Source: a phage
Sequence record: PZ445534.1
Reading direction: 5' to 3' (one strand)
Length of the DNA stretch: 64,000 nucleotides
Numbering within the stretch: position 1 is the first letter of the stretch; every line of letters begins with the position of its first letter. Both the position numbers and the translations under genes were made by a program. The notes beneath the pieces were generated by a model. The model was not told where the DNA came from. It made no database searches and saw only the letters and a list, made by a program, of their open reading frames with translations. This document shows, piece after piece, positions 1 to 10,619 of this stretch.

Positions 1-1602
1 ATGGACTTAAATGCTGTTAAGCAGAAGCGAGTGGAAGATGTTAGGAAAGTCCTAGCTGGAGAGTTGGGGCTTTCTGATGAAGTAAAAGAAATTATCAAAT
101 CATTCGGTAAAGACCCCTCTAAATTCCTTCCAACTCAAATTCTGACTTTATTAAGATACACACCAGACCAAGTTAGACTTATCTTCAAATTGATGACTGA
201 TAAGAATTATGTAGCCCCTCAGCCGGGTTCTCAAGAGGTCTTTTTAAATACTAATGCTGACTTGGTTCTCTATGGTGGTGCTGCTGGTGCTGGTAAAACT
301 GCTGCATTGTTAATGGATTCTTTAAGGTTTATTGAAGACCCTAACTATAATGCTGTATATTTCCGTCGAAATACAACACAGCTACAAGGTGGTTTATGGC
401 CTGCTGCAAAGAAACTATTTGGTAAGTTTGGTGGGGTTCCTCACGAGCAGAAAATGACCATCACATTCCCTTCTGGGGCAACTATCAAGTTTACCTACCT
501 AGAACTTGAAAAGCACGCTGAAGGTCATCAGGGTATTGAATACTCAGCTATTTACTTTGACGAAGGTACACACTTCTCTGCTTCACAGATTTCATACCTA
601 CAAACCCGTCTACGTTCTGGTGCTGAAGGTGATTCATACATGAAGATTTCCATGAACCCAGACAGAGACCACTTTATTTACGATTGGGTAGAGCCATTCT
701 TAGATGAAGAAGGCTATCCAGACCCTGAAAAATGTGGTCGTATTCGTTGGTATGTAATGAATGATGGTGTGATGGTTTCTGATTGGGAGAGAGACAAGAT
801 TCTTGAAATGTTCCCTCTTGAGATTCCTCAAACATACACCTTTATCTCTGGTACGATTGATGATAACCCAATCCTTGACTTCTTAGAACCTAAGTACCGT
901 GGTAAGTTGGAAAACAACACTCCTGTAAACGTTGCAAGACTTCGTTTCGGTAACTGGAAGGCTCGTGCAGAAGGTTCAAACTATTGGCAAAGACAATGGT
1001 GTGAAGTTGTTGATTCACTCCCAGAAGATGTATTTGATGTTAGAGCATGGGACTTAGCAGCAACTTTACCATCTGAGGTTAACCCTAATCCAGACTGGAC
1101 AGCAGGTGTTAAGATGGGTAAATCTAAAAAAGACGGTTGCTATTATATCATTGATGTAGTAAGATTTAGAGATAGACCCTCTGGAGTCGAAACACAAATT
1201 AATTTGACTGCTGAAAGTGACGGTAAGCGAACTGGTATTTTTATCCCTCAAGACCCAGGCGCTGCTGGTAAATCCTACGCAACATCCCTCATCAGGAAAC
1301 TTGCCGAGAAAGGTTATCGAGCAAGAGCCAAACCAACAAATAAAGATAAAGTTACCCGCTTTGCGGGATTTTCTGCTGCTTCTGAAGCTGGACTTGTAAA
1401 AGTCTTGAGAGGTAGTTGGAATGAAGCTTACTTTCAAGAGCTTGAAGGCTTTTGTGGTGATGGTAAAACTAAAGATGACCAAGTGGATGCTACCAGTGAT
1501 GCTTTCAACAGTCTTAACGAAGTTAAATTATTCAAGCCACCATCAATGGGTGCTCACACAGATTTAGTGAGAGGTAACCCGTATGAGGGGCTTAGACGTT
1601 GA
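1..1602 (+). CDS. terL: terminase large subunit; ORF begins at window position 1 so the true start may lie upstream
   Basis: 533 aa; Walker-A-like LYGGAAGAGKTAALL; sits directly upstream of portal gene. Confidence 0.75.
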   Translation: MDLNAVKQKRVEDVRKVLAGELGLSDEVKEIIKSFGKDPSKFLPTQILTLLRYTPDQVRLIFKLMTDKNYVAPQPGSQEVFLNTNADLVLYGGAAGAGKTAALLMDSLRFIEDPNYNAVYFRRNTTQLQGGLWPAAKKLFGKFGGVPHEQKMTITFPSGATIKFTYLELEKHAEGHQGIEYSAIYFDEGTHFSASQISYLQTRLRSGAEGDSYMKISMNPDRDHFIYDWVEPFLDEEGYPDPEKCGRIRWYVMNDGVMVSDWERDKILEMFPLEIPQTYTFISGTIDDNPILDFLEPKYRGKLENNTPVNVARLRFGNWKARAEGSNYWQRQWCEVVDSLPEDVFDVRAWDLAATLPSEVNPNPDWTAGVKMGKSKKDGCYYIIDVVRFRDRPSGVETQINLTAESDGKRTGIFIPQDPGAAGKSYATSLIRKLAEKGYRARAKPTNKDKVTRFAGFSAASEAGLVKVLRGSWNEAYFQELEGFCGDGKTKDDQVDATSDAFNSLNEVKLFKPPSMGAHTDLVRGNPYEGLRR

Positions 1603-1609
1603 TAGCTAG

Positions 1610-3085
1610 GTGAGAAGAATGGCAGATATTACAGAAACACAAGAAAGCTTACCACCATTTAGAATGGGTGAAGTAGGTTCTTTGGGTCTGAAGGTTAAGA
1701 ATGGAAGAATCTATGAAGAACCTCGTCAGGCACTAAGGTTCCCTGAAAGTATTAAAACTTTCCAATTAATGATGCGTGACCCTGCTGTAGCAGCATCTGT
1801 AAATATTATTAAGATGTTTGTCAGAAAAGTCAACTGGAGATTCGTACCTCCAAAGGGAAAAGAGCAAGACCCTAAAATGCTTGAAAGAGCAGACTTCTTT
1901 AATTCTTTAATGGATGACATGGAGCATGATTGGGCAGATTTTATTAATTCTGTAATGTCATTCTGCACTTATGGGTTCTGTGTTAACGAGAAAGTTTATA
2001 AGAAGCGTCAGGGTAAAAAAGGAAAGTACCAGTCTAAATTTGATGATGGTCTAATTGGATGGGCTAAATTACCAATCAGAAACCAATCAACACTTGATAA
2101 GTGGTATTTTGACGAAGACTTTAGAAAAGTTACAGGTGTTAGGCAGAATCTGAGAAATGTTTCACATATTGCTGGAGCAATTAATCTCGGAGAAAGACCA
2201 CTAACAAGAAAACTTCCACGAGCTAAATTCATGCTGTTCAAGTATGACGATGAATATGGAAATCCAGAAGGTCGTTCACCATTACTTAATGCTTATGTAC
2301 CGTGGAAGTATAAAGTACAGATTGAAGAGTATGAAGCTGTTGGTGTTTCAAGAGACTTGGTAGGTATGCCAAAGATTGGTTTACCACCAGATTATCTGGA
2401 TGAAAATGCAGAACCTGAAAAGAAAGCTTTCGTACAATACTGCAAAACTGTTGTCAACGATATGATTGCTAATGACAGAGCAGGCTTAATCTGGCCTAGA
2501 TATATCGACCCAGATACTAAAGAGGATATTTTCGAGTTCTCATTAGTTTCTAGACAGGGTGCTAAAGCATACGATACAGGTTCTATTATTGACAGATATT
2601 CCAAGCAGATTATGATGGCATTTATGTCAGATGTTCTTGCTATGGGTCAGTCAAAATATGGTTCATTCTCTCTTGCAGATTCTAAGACAAGCTTACTAGC
2701 AATGTCAGTAGATATTCTGCTGAAGCAAATTAAGAACGTAATTAACCGTGATTTAGTTGCACAGACTTATGCTCTTAATATGTGGGATGATGAAGAACAT
2801 GTACAAATCACATATGATGATATCGAAACTCCAGACCTTGAAGCAATTGGCTCTTATATTCAGAAGACTGTTGCAGTAGGTGCTTTGGAAGTTGACAAAG
2901 AGCTATCTAACAAGCTTAGAGAGCATATTGGTCTTCCTCCTGCTGATGAGTCTCAGCCAGTATCTGAAAAGCTTTCTCCAAATAGCCAAAGCCGCTCAGG
3001 AGATGGTTATAAGACCGCTGGAGAAGGTACTGCAAAGACACCTTCAGCGAAAGACCCAAGCACAGCAAATAAGGCAAATAAATAA
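1610..3085 (+). CDS. portal protein
   Basis: 491 aa; position after terminase and before prohead protease; acidic/basic C-terminus. Confidence 0.65.
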   Translation: MRRMADITETQESLPPFRMGEVGSLGLKVKNGRIYEEPRQALRFPESIKTFQLMMRDPAVAASVNIIKMFVRKVNWRFVPPKGKEQDPKMLERADFFNSLMDDMEHDWADFINSVMSFCTYGFCVNEKVYKKRQGKKGKYQSKFDDGLIGWAKLPIRNQSTLDKWYFDEDFRKVTGVRQNLRNVSHIAGAINLGERPLTRKLPRAKFMLFKYDDEYGNPEGRSPLLNAYVPWKYKVQIEEYEAVGVSRDLVGMPKIGLPPDYLDENAEPEKKAFVQYCKTVVNDMIANDRAGLIWPRYIDPDTKEDIFEFSLVSRQGAKAYDTGSIIDRYSKQIMMAFMSDVLAMGQSKYGSFSLADSKTSLLAMSVDILLKQIKNVINRDLVAQTYALNMWDDEEHVQITYDDIETPDLEAIGSYIQKTVAVGALEVDKELSNKLREHIGLPPADESQPVSEKLSPNSQSRSGDGYKTAGEGTAKTPSAKDPSTANKANK

Positions 3086-3585
3086 TGGCTGAAGTTATCT
3101 CTATTTCAAATGCTACACGAGTGCATTCGTATAGAGGTGTTCTTATTATCACTGACAAATTATCTGTAGAGGCTGGCTCAAGGGTCAGCCTTTCAGGTTA
3201 TGTAAGTGATGGTGGAACCTCTGACGTTTTCACTATTTGTAGGTTACTTGATGCACCAATGAGTGGAAAACCGTTTATTTCAGGAAATTGTAGTGAAATT
3301 GTTAAAATTCCATTTGACAGTTCATGCCTTTTGGGTGTAAAGTTATATAACTGCGAGAATAAACGTATCAATGTTAATAGCATTGAAGCCGCTTTCATTA
3401 CCCTCGATACTGCATTTCAATCTCCAATGACAGTTAATAAAGAAACAAACAGACTTGAATACATTTTTTCACAAAATGATTACAAAGTACTTGTCAAAGG
3501 TAAAGTATATGATATGATTGTAAATGTGGTAGATGAATCTGGTAACCATTCAACAGTCCTTAAACAAAAAGTAAGGTTTAATTAA
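3085..3585 (+). CDS. hypothetical head-module protein
   Basis: 166 aa ORF translationally coupled (ATGA overlap) to portal gene. Confidence 0.4.
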   Translation: MAEVISISNATRVHSYRGVLIITDKLSVEAGSRVSLSGYVSDGGTSDVFTICRLLDAPMSGKPFISGNCSEIVKIPFDSSCLLGVKLYNCENKRINVNSIEAAFITLDTAFQSPMTVNKETNRLEYIFSQNDYKVLVKGKVYDMIVNVVDESGNHSTVLKQKVRFN

Positions 3586-3917
3586 TGGGAACATTAACTA
3601 TTGATGGTAAGAACAAAATCCTCGCCACGCTAACCCCAACGACTATTATTTTACACAATGTAGACCCAACGGCAGACCCTACAGCAAATAAGGTTACTCA
3701 GCCAGTGGCTATTTATTTTTCTGAACCGGATAATGGCTTAATTGCCTCAGAAGACACAGTTAATATTACTGTTCCAGCTTCTGCAACGGTCTCACACTAT
3801 AGCTTGTGGGATGCTAACGATAAATGCGTGGCAACTGGTGCTCTTAGCAAACCTCAATTCTTTGCTGAAGAAGGTATCTATGTTATCTCTTCAGTCTCTG
3901 TAGATTTAAACAAATAG
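3585..3917 (+). CDS. hypothetical head-module protein
   Basis: 110 aa ORF coupled to upstream ORF. Confidence 0.4.
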   Translation: MGTLTIDGKNKILATLTPTTIILHNVDPTADPTANKVTQPVAIYFSEPDNGLIASEDTVNITVPASATVSHYSLWDANDKCVATGALSKPQFFAEEGIYVISSVSVDLNK

Positions 3918-3928
3918 GGTGAGTAAAA

Positions 3929-5275
3929 ATGAGTTCGAATATCTTCAGACTTGCTGATAGATTATTCAACCAACCTTTACTAGCCACTGAATCATTAGCT
4001 CACTCAGCAGCAACTTATGTGAATAACAGATTGCTGGGTGATGTCCAAGCAGCAGTAAACTTTGATAAACCCAAAGGTGACGCAAGAAGTCTTTTAAAAG
4101 TAAAAGATGACATTGCTATTATCCCTATTATGGGTGGTTTAACCCATCGTATGACATTCATTGATGCAATGTGTACAGGTGGATTAAGCTCTTATGAAGG
4201 TTTGCGTAGAGGCTTTGACGAAGCTTTAGCAGATGAGTCAATTAAGACTATCGTTCTGCACATTGATTCTGGTGGTGGTGAAGCTTCAGGTTGCTTTGAA
4301 TTAGCACGTCACATTATGGCTTCAAGAGGCCAAAAGAAAATTATTGCTTATGTAGATGAGTTCGCTTGTTCCGCTGCATACGCTCTTGCATCTTCTGCTG
4401 AAGAAATTATTGCATCACCAGATGCAGATGTTGGTTCTATTGGTGTAATTATGGTTCATCAGGAATTAACTAAAGCATTTGAAAAGAATGGCGTGACAAT
4501 TAACGTCATCAAAGCTGGTGAGTTTAAAGGTATGGGTTCACCATTCCAAGCACTTTCAGAAGAAAGCAAAGAAAGACTTCAAAAGAGAATTAATGATACC
4601 TACGCAACCTTTACAGGTTTTGTAGCCGAATCTCGTAATCTCTCTGAAGAAGCTGTAAAGAATACTGAGGCGAATGTTTATTCTGCTCAGGAAGCTCTTG
4701 AACTTGGTTTAATTAACTCAATCATGTCTCAAGATGATTTCTTAAATTACTTACAAGGTTCTGAAGAGGCTCCTGTAAGTTTAAACGTTAACAATTCAGG
4801 TGAAGAAATGACTGAACAAGAAAAGCAAGAACTAGAAGCTTTGCGTCTTCAGGTTGCTCAAATGAAAGCTAAAGAACAGGAAGCTGCTTTGTCAGATTTG
4901 ACTAATAAGATTTCTGCTTCTGCTGAAGCTTTTGGGTTTGATGCAAAAGAAGCTGCAACGGCTATTTTAGGTGCTGGTCTTGACAACCCTCTGAGTGTTC
5001 TGTTTATGAATGCTATGGAAGGTGCTAACCAGAAACTTAATGAAACTATCGCGTCCCATGCTTCTGCAATGGAAGAAAAAGAATCAGAAATTACCAAGCT
5101 GAAAGAAACTGCTGGTGCTGTTCTTGAACATTCCAACGCTATGGAAGAAGTGGGTAATGACGGCGAAGCTGATTTGGTTGAAGAAGAAAAAGAACCAGCT
5201 AAGAATGCTTCCGAAGACACCGCTGAACAACGCAAACTGGCTCTCCAGAATGCTCTAAAATCTCTTATCAAATAA
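3929..5275 (+). CDS. prohead serine protease (S49/ClpP-like, lambda gpC-like) fused to coiled-coil scaffold domain
   Basis: N-terminal half has S49 peptidase-like core (IPIMGGLTH...HIDSGGGEASGCFEL...EFACSAAYALASSAEEI); C-terminal 150 aa E/K/A-rich coiled coil typical of scaffold. Confidence 0.75.
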   Translation: MSSNIFRLADRLFNQPLLATESLAHSAATYVNNRLLGDVQAAVNFDKPKGDARSLLKVKDDIAIIPIMGGLTHRMTFIDAMCTGGLSSYEGLRRGFDEALADESIKTIVLHIDSGGGEASGCFELARHIMASRGQKKIIAYVDEFACSAAYALASSAEEIIASPDADVGSIGVIMVHQELTKAFEKNGVTINVIKAGEFKGMGSPFQALSEESKERLQKRINDTYATFTGFVAESRNLSEEAVKNTEANVYSAQEALELGLINSIMSQDDFLNYLQGSEEAPVSLNVNNSGEEMTEQEKQELEALRLQVAQMKAKEQEAALSDLTNKISASAEAFGFDAKEAATAILGAGLDNPLSVLFMNAMEGANQKLNETIASHASAMEEKESEITKLKETAGAVLEHSNAMEEVGNDGEADLVEEEKEPAKNASEDTAEQRKLALQNALKSLIK

Positions 5276-5286
5276 GGAACACAATA

Positions 5287-5664
5287 ATGGCATATCAAGG
5301 TTTTACTAAGTTAGGTAACAGAGAACCTCTGAATGATATCATTCTTTGGGAACAAATTACCCCAACAGGCCACTCTCGTAAAGAGTACACTCCAGTTGCT
5401 TCAACAGAATACCGTGTAGGTGAAGTTCTGAAAGCAGATGGTACTAAGGTACAAGCTGGAGAAGAAGCCCAAGCAGACTCTGTATGTATCGTTAATTTCT
5501 ACGCAGACCTGCAACTGTCTTATCATGGTCAGTTGAAAGTGGTAGGTATCTACCGTGATGCAGAACTAAAAGACATGCTTACTCTTGAAGCGAGCGTTGA
5601 TGCTGCTGCCGTCAAGACAGCTCTGGCTGCTAAAGGTATTGATTTCGTACCAACTGGCCTGTAA
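5287..5664 (+). CDS. putative head decoration protein (lambda gpD-like position)
   Basis: 125 aa ORF between protease/scaffold and major capsid gene; assignment by synteny. Confidence 0.45.
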   Translation: MAYQGFTKLGNREPLNDIILWEQITPTGHSRKEYTPVASTEYRVGEVLKADGTKVQAGEEAQADSVCIVNFYADLQLSYHGQLKVVGIYRDAELKDMLTLEASVDAAAVKTALAAKGIDFVPTGL

Positions 5665-5697
5665 TAACAATAATAAGACATTCTGGAGAATTTTACA

Positions 5698-6807
5698 ATG
5701 TTGACTAATTCTGAAAAAAGCAGATTTTTCCTTGCTGACCTGACTGGTGAAGTCCAGTCTATCCCAAATACTTATGGGTATATTTCCAACTTAGGTCTGT
5801 TCCGTTCAGCACCAATCACCCAAACTACTTTCCTTATGGACTTGACTGATTGGGATGTTAGCTTGCTTGATGCGGTAGACCGCGATAGCCGTAAAGCAGA
5901 GACTAGCGCACCTGAGCGTGTTCGTCAAATCAGCTTCCCAATGATGTACTTCAAAGAAGTTGAAAGCATTACTCCTGATGAGATTCAGGGTGTACGTCAG
6001 CCAGGCACTGCAAACGAACTTACTACTGAAGCTGTAGTACGTGCTAAGAAGCTGATGAAGATTCGTACCAAGTTCGATATTACTCGTGAGTTCCTGTTTA
6101 TGCAAGCTCTGAAGGGTAAAGTTGTTGACGCTCGTGGTACTCTGTACGCTGACCTGTACAAGCAGTTCGACGTTGAGAAGAAGACTATTTACTTCGACCT
6201 TGACAATCCTAATGCTGACATTGACGCTGCTATTGAAGAACTGCGTATGCACATGGAAGACGAAGCTAAGACTGGCACTGTAATCAACGGTGAAGAAATT
6301 CACGTAGTTGTTGACCGTGTATTCTTCAGCAAACTGGTTAAGCATCCTAAGATTCGTGACGCTTATCTTGCACAGCAGACTCCACTGGCTTGGCAACAGA
6401 TTACTGGTTCTCTGAGAACTGGTGGTGCTGACGGCGTTCAGGCTCATATGAACACCTTCTACTACGGTGGTGTTAAGTTTGTCCAGTACAACGGTAAGTT
6501 CAAAGACAAGCGTGGTAAGGTTCATACTCTGGTTAGTATTGATGGTGTTACTCAGGATGGAACTGTAGGTGTAGGTCATGCTTTCCCTAACGTTTCTATG
6601 CTGGGTGAAGCAAACAACATCTTCGAAGTGGCATATGGCCCATGTCCTAAGATGGGTTATGCAAATACTCTGGGTCAGGAACTGTACGTATTCGAATACG
6701 AAAAAGACCGTGACGAAGGTATTGACTTTGAAGCTCACTCTTACATGCTGCCATACTGCACACGCCCTCAGTTGCTGGTAGATGTTCGTTCTGACGCTCA
6801 AGAATAA
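5698..6807 (+). CDS. major capsid protein (lambda gpE-like)
   Basis: 369 aa; C-terminal region resembles lambda E family as recalled (DEGIDFEAHSY...PQLLVDV); strong RBS; position. Confidence 0.7.
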   Translation: MLTNSEKSRFFLADLTGEVQSIPNTYGYISNLGLFRSAPITQTTFLMDLTDWDVSLLDAVDRDSRKAETSAPERVRQISFPMMYFKEVESITPDEIQGVRQPGTANELTTEAVVRAKKLMKIRTKFDITREFLFMQALKGKVVDARGTLYADLYKQFDVEKKTIYFDLDNPNADIDAAIEELRMHMEDEAKTGTVINGEEIHVVVDRVFFSKLVKHPKIRDAYLAQQTPLAWQQITGSLRTGGADGVQAHMNTFYYGGVKFVQYNGKFKDKRGKVHTLVSIDGVTQDGTVGVGHAFPNVSMLGEANNIFEVAYGPCPKMGYANTLGQELYVFEYEKDRDEGIDFEAHSYMLPYCTRPQLLVDVRSDAQE

Positions 6808-6828
6808 TATTCTTAAGGAGGGTTATGA

Positions 6829-7278
6829 ATGTGTTATACAGGCGACCCAGCCAATAACCCTCTTGATAGAGTAAGAATCCTCTGCACAGACACTAATAAC
6901 GATGAAATTCTTATTGAGCAGTCTGTGCTAGAGTGGTTCTATCTAGAATCTGGAAAGGATGAAAAGAAAGCAGCCATCAAAGCTCTTAAATATTTACTCT
7001 TTCAAGTAGCCAAGATGGGAGATGAGAAGGTTGGTGGTGTTTATTTACGTAACTCTTCCAGATTCAAGTCTCTGAAAGCTGTTTATGACGACCTTGTTAA
7101 AAGCTCTGTTTCAGGACTACCCTATGCAGGTGGTATTAATCAGTGTGATATTGACATGCGTCGTCAGAATCCTTGCTCTGTCAAGAAATACACAGAATAT
7201 GGTGATGCTGCCAGATACGAAGGCAGGGATTACTGCAACCGTGTTAATGGCGTATTTATTATCGAGCGAGATGAATAA
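6829..7278 (+). CDS. hypothetical head-tail joining protein
   Basis: 149 aa ORF with GGAGG RBS after capsid gene. Confidence 0.4.
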   Translation: MCYTGDPANNPLDRVRILCTDTNNDEILIEQSVLEWFYLESGKDEKKAAIKALKYLLFQVAKMGDEKVGGVYLRNSSRFKSLKAVYDDLVKSSVSGLPYAGGINQCDIDMRRQNPCSVKKYTEYGDAARYEGRDYCNRVNGVFIIERDE

Positions 7279-7760
7279 TGGTTAAAAGGGTTATTCACCC
7301 CGCTAGAGCAAAATTAGTCGGGGCTATGAAGAACTTGCAAACGGCTAATGCTCAAGTTGGGTATTTTCAAGAACAAGGTCAACATAGCTCTGGTTTTTCT
7401 TATCCTGCTTTAATGTATTTACAAGAAGTTATTGGGGTTCCTTCAGCTTCTGGTAAAGTATATCGTAGGTTGTTTGAAATCACTATGATGCTAAACAAAC
7501 AGACCTTGTTAGAGCAGACTAAGAAGAATCTATATAAGCAACTTAGCAGTCTCAACACAGACCCTTCAAATACCTTAGAAGCATTTGCAAAGAATGCTCA
7601 AAAGGCAATTAAAAGGGGCTTTGGTAATTCTGCTATACTCCCTCCTAACGCACCTTCCACAGTCAAGAAAAAAGGCTTTAACGCACCTCTTGTTGAGACA
7701 GGTGACTTAAGAGATAACCTTGCTTATAAAATTTCTACTAAGAAGGGTATTAAGAAATGA
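7278..7760 (+). CDS. hypothetical head completion/connector protein
   Basis: 160 aa, coupled ORF in structural operon. Confidence 0.4.
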   Translation: MVKRVIHPARAKLVGAMKNLQTANAQVGYFQEQGQHSSGFSYPALMYLQEVIGVPSASGKVYRRLFEITMMLNKQTLLEQTKKNLYKQLSSLNTDPSNTLEAFAKNAQKAIKRGFGNSAILPPNAPSTVKKKGFNAPLVETGDLRDNLAYKISTKKGIKK

Positions 7761-8158
7761 GACTCTTAAACAGACACAGCTTTGTAGTAAAGCGTAAAGT
7801 CTCTGAAGACGGTTATTATAATGATGATGGTGATTGGGTAGCTTCACAAGATATTGTAGAGGTTAACTGTAAAGGTAATATCCAGCCATATATCAAAGGT
7901 TCTGTAAAGAATGGTACACAGATTGCTTTACCGGAAGGTATCAGGCTTACCGATACAAGAATCCTGTATACCACATATAAACTTAGAACTTCAGATGATG
8001 TAGAGTGGAATGAGTCTGATATTGTTATGATTGATGGTCATGAGTATGAAGTATTTATGACTATGGATTGGTCACAGCAATTAGCCCATACATCCCATTA
8101 TGAATATATCATTATTAGAAGGGATAAAATGAATGCAGTTAGAAACAGCAGAACTTGA
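7757..8158 (+). CDS. hypothetical head-tail connector protein
   Basis: 133 aa, overlapping-stop coupling. Confidence 0.4.
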   Translation: MRLLNRHSFVVKRKVSEDGYYNDDGDWVASQDIVEVNCKGNIQPYIKGSVKNGTQIALPEGIRLTDTRILYTTYKLRTSDDVEWNESDIVMIDGHEYEVFMTMDWSQQLAHTSHYEYIIIRRDKMNAVRNSRT

Positions 8159-8732
8159 AAAAGGTCTAGTTAGAACCTTAGTGGGTGTTATTGGTCACAG
8201 ACTAGCTCGTGATAAAAATAATAGACCAAATGTAATTAGAGCTTACCCTTCTGATAACTCAAATGACAAAGGTTTAAAACCTGACCAGCCATTTATTACC
8301 GTATATTGTCAAGATGCTGCAACACCTTATGGTTGGGTTCTTGATAAGTTTGTTGAGGATGATGTAGTTTGCTACAGAATTGCTTTTCAGATTCCAGTAT
8401 TAATTACGGTGAATGGTAAAGGTGCTCACAGTATTATGCTTGAGCTTAAACAACGATTAGAGATGAGTTCAGTCAGAGATTTAATCCTTGAAGAAACAGG
8501 AGCTACAGTACTAGACACTGGAGCTATCCCGAATGACTATACTTATCTCAATACAGATTTCGAAAATTCTGCACCTCTTGTTGTAACTCTTGTAAAAAAC
8601 TCAGTCCTGAAGGATGAACGTGGAAGTATTATTGAGCGTGTCATTGTTGATGGTGAGTTGGTTTATGAAGAAGGACAAGAGCCACCAGAATATACTATCC
8701 ATCTAGATGTAGACTCCAAAGGGGTAAAATAA
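8133..8732 (+). CDS. hypothetical tail completion protein
   Basis: 199 aa ORF preceding putative sheath. Confidence 0.4.
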   Translation: MQLETAELEKGLVRTLVGVIGHRLARDKNNRPNVIRAYPSDNSNDKGLKPDQPFITVYCQDAATPYGWVLDKFVEDDVVCYRIAFQIPVLITVNGKGAHSIMLELKQRLEMSSVRDLILEETGATVLDTGAIPNDYTYLNTDFENSAPLVVTLVKNSVLKDERGSIIERVIVDGELVYEEGQEPPEYTIHLDVDSKGVK

Positions 8733-10085
8733 ATGTGGAATCCAATTGTTAATGTAGATATTACATTGAACACCGCAGGAACTACAAGAGAAGGTTTTGG
8801 TTTGCCACTATTCTTAGCTTCAACAGATAACTTTGAAGAAAGAGTACGTGGTTACACTTCCTTAACTGAAGTTGCTGAAGATTTCGATGAGAATACTGCT
8901 GCATATAAGGCTGCTAAACAACTTTGGAGTCAGACTCCTAAAGTAACTCAGCTTTATATCGGTAGACGCGCTATGCAGTACACTGTATCAATTCCTGATG
9001 CCGTTACCGAAAGTACAGACTACTCAATTACTGTAGCTGTTGGCGGTGGAATTTCTCAACCATACCAGTACACAGCACAAGATTCAGACACTGCTGAGGT
9101 AGTGTTGCAACAGTTTAAAACACAGATTGAAGCTGACCCAACAATCAAAGATAAGGTTTCTGTGAATGTAACTGGTAGCAATGGCTCTGCCACAATGATT
9201 ATTACCAAAGCTGGTGATAATGACTTTGTGAAAGTAACAACCACAGCACAGACTGTATATATTGCAAGTACAACTGCTGATACAGCAGCAACTGCTCTGG
9301 CAGCTATCGAAGCTTACTCTACTGACTGGTATTTCATTGCAGCAGAAGACAGAACTCAACAGTTTGTCTTAGCAATGGCTTCTGAGATTCAGGCTCGTAA
9401 GAAAATCTTCTTTACGGCTAACTCCGATGTAACAGCCCTACAAGGTACAGAATTAGCCAGTGCAAATGATGTTCCAGCACAGCTTGCTAAGAATATGTAC
9501 ACTCGTACAGTTTGCTTGTGGCATCACGCAGCAGCAGAAGATTATCCAGAGATGGCATACATTGCTTATGGTGCTCCATATGATGCAGGCTCAATTGCTT
9601 GGGGTAATGCTCAGCTAACTGGCGTAGCAGCTTCTCTACAACCATCTAATCAGAGACCTCTGACAAGTATTCAGAAGTCTGCTTTAGATGTTCGTCACTG
9701 TAACTTTATTGACCTTGATGGTGGTGTTCCAGTGGTTCGTAGAGGGATTACTTCTGGTGGGGAATGGATTGATATCGTCCGTGGTGTTGACTGGTTAGAA
9801 TCAGACCTGAAAACTTCTCTGAGAGACTTGCTAATTAACCAGAAGGGTGGTAAGATTACTTATGATGATACTGGTATTACCCGTATTCGTCAAGTCATTG
9901 AAACCTCTCTGCAAAGAGCAGTCAACAGAAACTTCCTGTCATCTTACACAGTTAATGTTCCTAAAGCCTCTCAAGTTGCTTTAGCAGACAAGAAAGCACG
10001 TATCCTGAAAGATGTTACCTTCGCAGGTATCTTAGCAGGGGCTATCTTGGATGTTGACTTGAAAGGTACAGTGGCTTACGAATAA
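8733..10085 (+). CDS. putative tail sheath protein
   Basis: 450 aa ORF followed by 148 aa tube-sized ORF, chaperone pair and tape measure; synteny of contractile-tail modules. Confidence 0.45.
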   Translation: MWNPIVNVDITLNTAGTTREGFGLPLFLASTDNFEERVRGYTSLTEVAEDFDENTAAYKAAKQLWSQTPKVTQLYIGRRAMQYTVSIPDAVTESTDYSITVAVGGGISQPYQYTAQDSDTAEVVLQQFKTQIEADPTIKDKVSVNVTGSNGSATMIITKAGDNDFVKVTTTAQTVYIASTTADTAATALAAIEAYSTDWYFIAAEDRTQQFVLAMASEIQARKKIFFTANSDVTALQGTELASANDVPAQLAKNMYTRTVCLWHHAAAEDYPEMAYIAYGAPYDAGSIAWGNAQLTGVAASLQPSNQRPLTSIQKSALDVRHCNFIDLDGGVPVVRRGITSGGEWIDIVRGVDWLESDLKTSLRDLLINQKGGKITYDDTGITRIRQVIETSLQRAVNRNFLSSYTVNVPKASQVALADKKARILKDVTFAGILAGAILDVDLKGTVAYE

Positions 10086-10100
10086 TAGAGGTAAATTGGA

Positions 10101-10547
10101 ATGGCTATGTATCAGCAATATTCCCCTAAAGACGTTGTATGTAGCTGGAATGGTATTGCCATCGAAGGCTTTGCTCCAGACTCATTCTTACGTCTACAGA
10201 GAACTTCTCCACTTGTTACACCAGTTGTTGGTGCAGGTGGTCAGGTTGCTCTGACACGAAATGCAGACAAGACAGGTACTATTGAGATTGAGCTAATGCA
10301 GACTTCTCTCTCTAACCAGATGCTTTCTGCAATTCAAGCTAAACAAGACAATATGGAACTTGAAGAAGATATCTCTTCTAACTTCGTAATCTACGACCCA
10401 TCAGGCTCTGTTCTGGCAACTGGTATTAACGCTTGGTTGCAGGAGTTACCACAGATTGAACTTGGTCGTGACCAGAACTCTAAAACTTGGATTTTTGGTT
10501 GTGAGAAGTTAGACTACACTTCTACAATTCCAGCGTCAAGTGTTTAA
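10101..10547 (+). CDS. putative tail tube protein
   Basis: 148 aa, followed by strong terminator hairpin; synteny. Confidence 0.45.
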   Translation: MAMYQQYSPKDVVCSWNGIAIEGFAPDSFLRLQRTSPLVTPVVGAGGQVALTRNADKTGTIEIELMQTSLSNQMLSAIQAKQDNMELEEDISSNFVIYDPSGSVLATGINAWLQELPQIELGRDQNSKTWIFGCEKLDYTSTIPASSV

Positions 10548-10560
10548 TAAATCCTATAAG

Positions 10561-10591
10561 GGGGAGACTTTAAAAGGTCTTCCCCTTTTTT
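10561..10591 (+). terminator. rho-independent terminator (partial read-through expected)
   Basis: GGGGAGAC...GTCTTCCCC stem followed by TTTTTT. Confidence 0.55.
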
Positions 10592-10619
10592 GTTTCTTTT
10601 AAAGTATTAAGGAATCACA

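Noticed and set aside
5806-6801. 331 aa minus-strand ORF inside the major capsid gene
   Set aside because: Antisense shadow ORF of a strongly supported coding region; low-complexity translation, no RBS.
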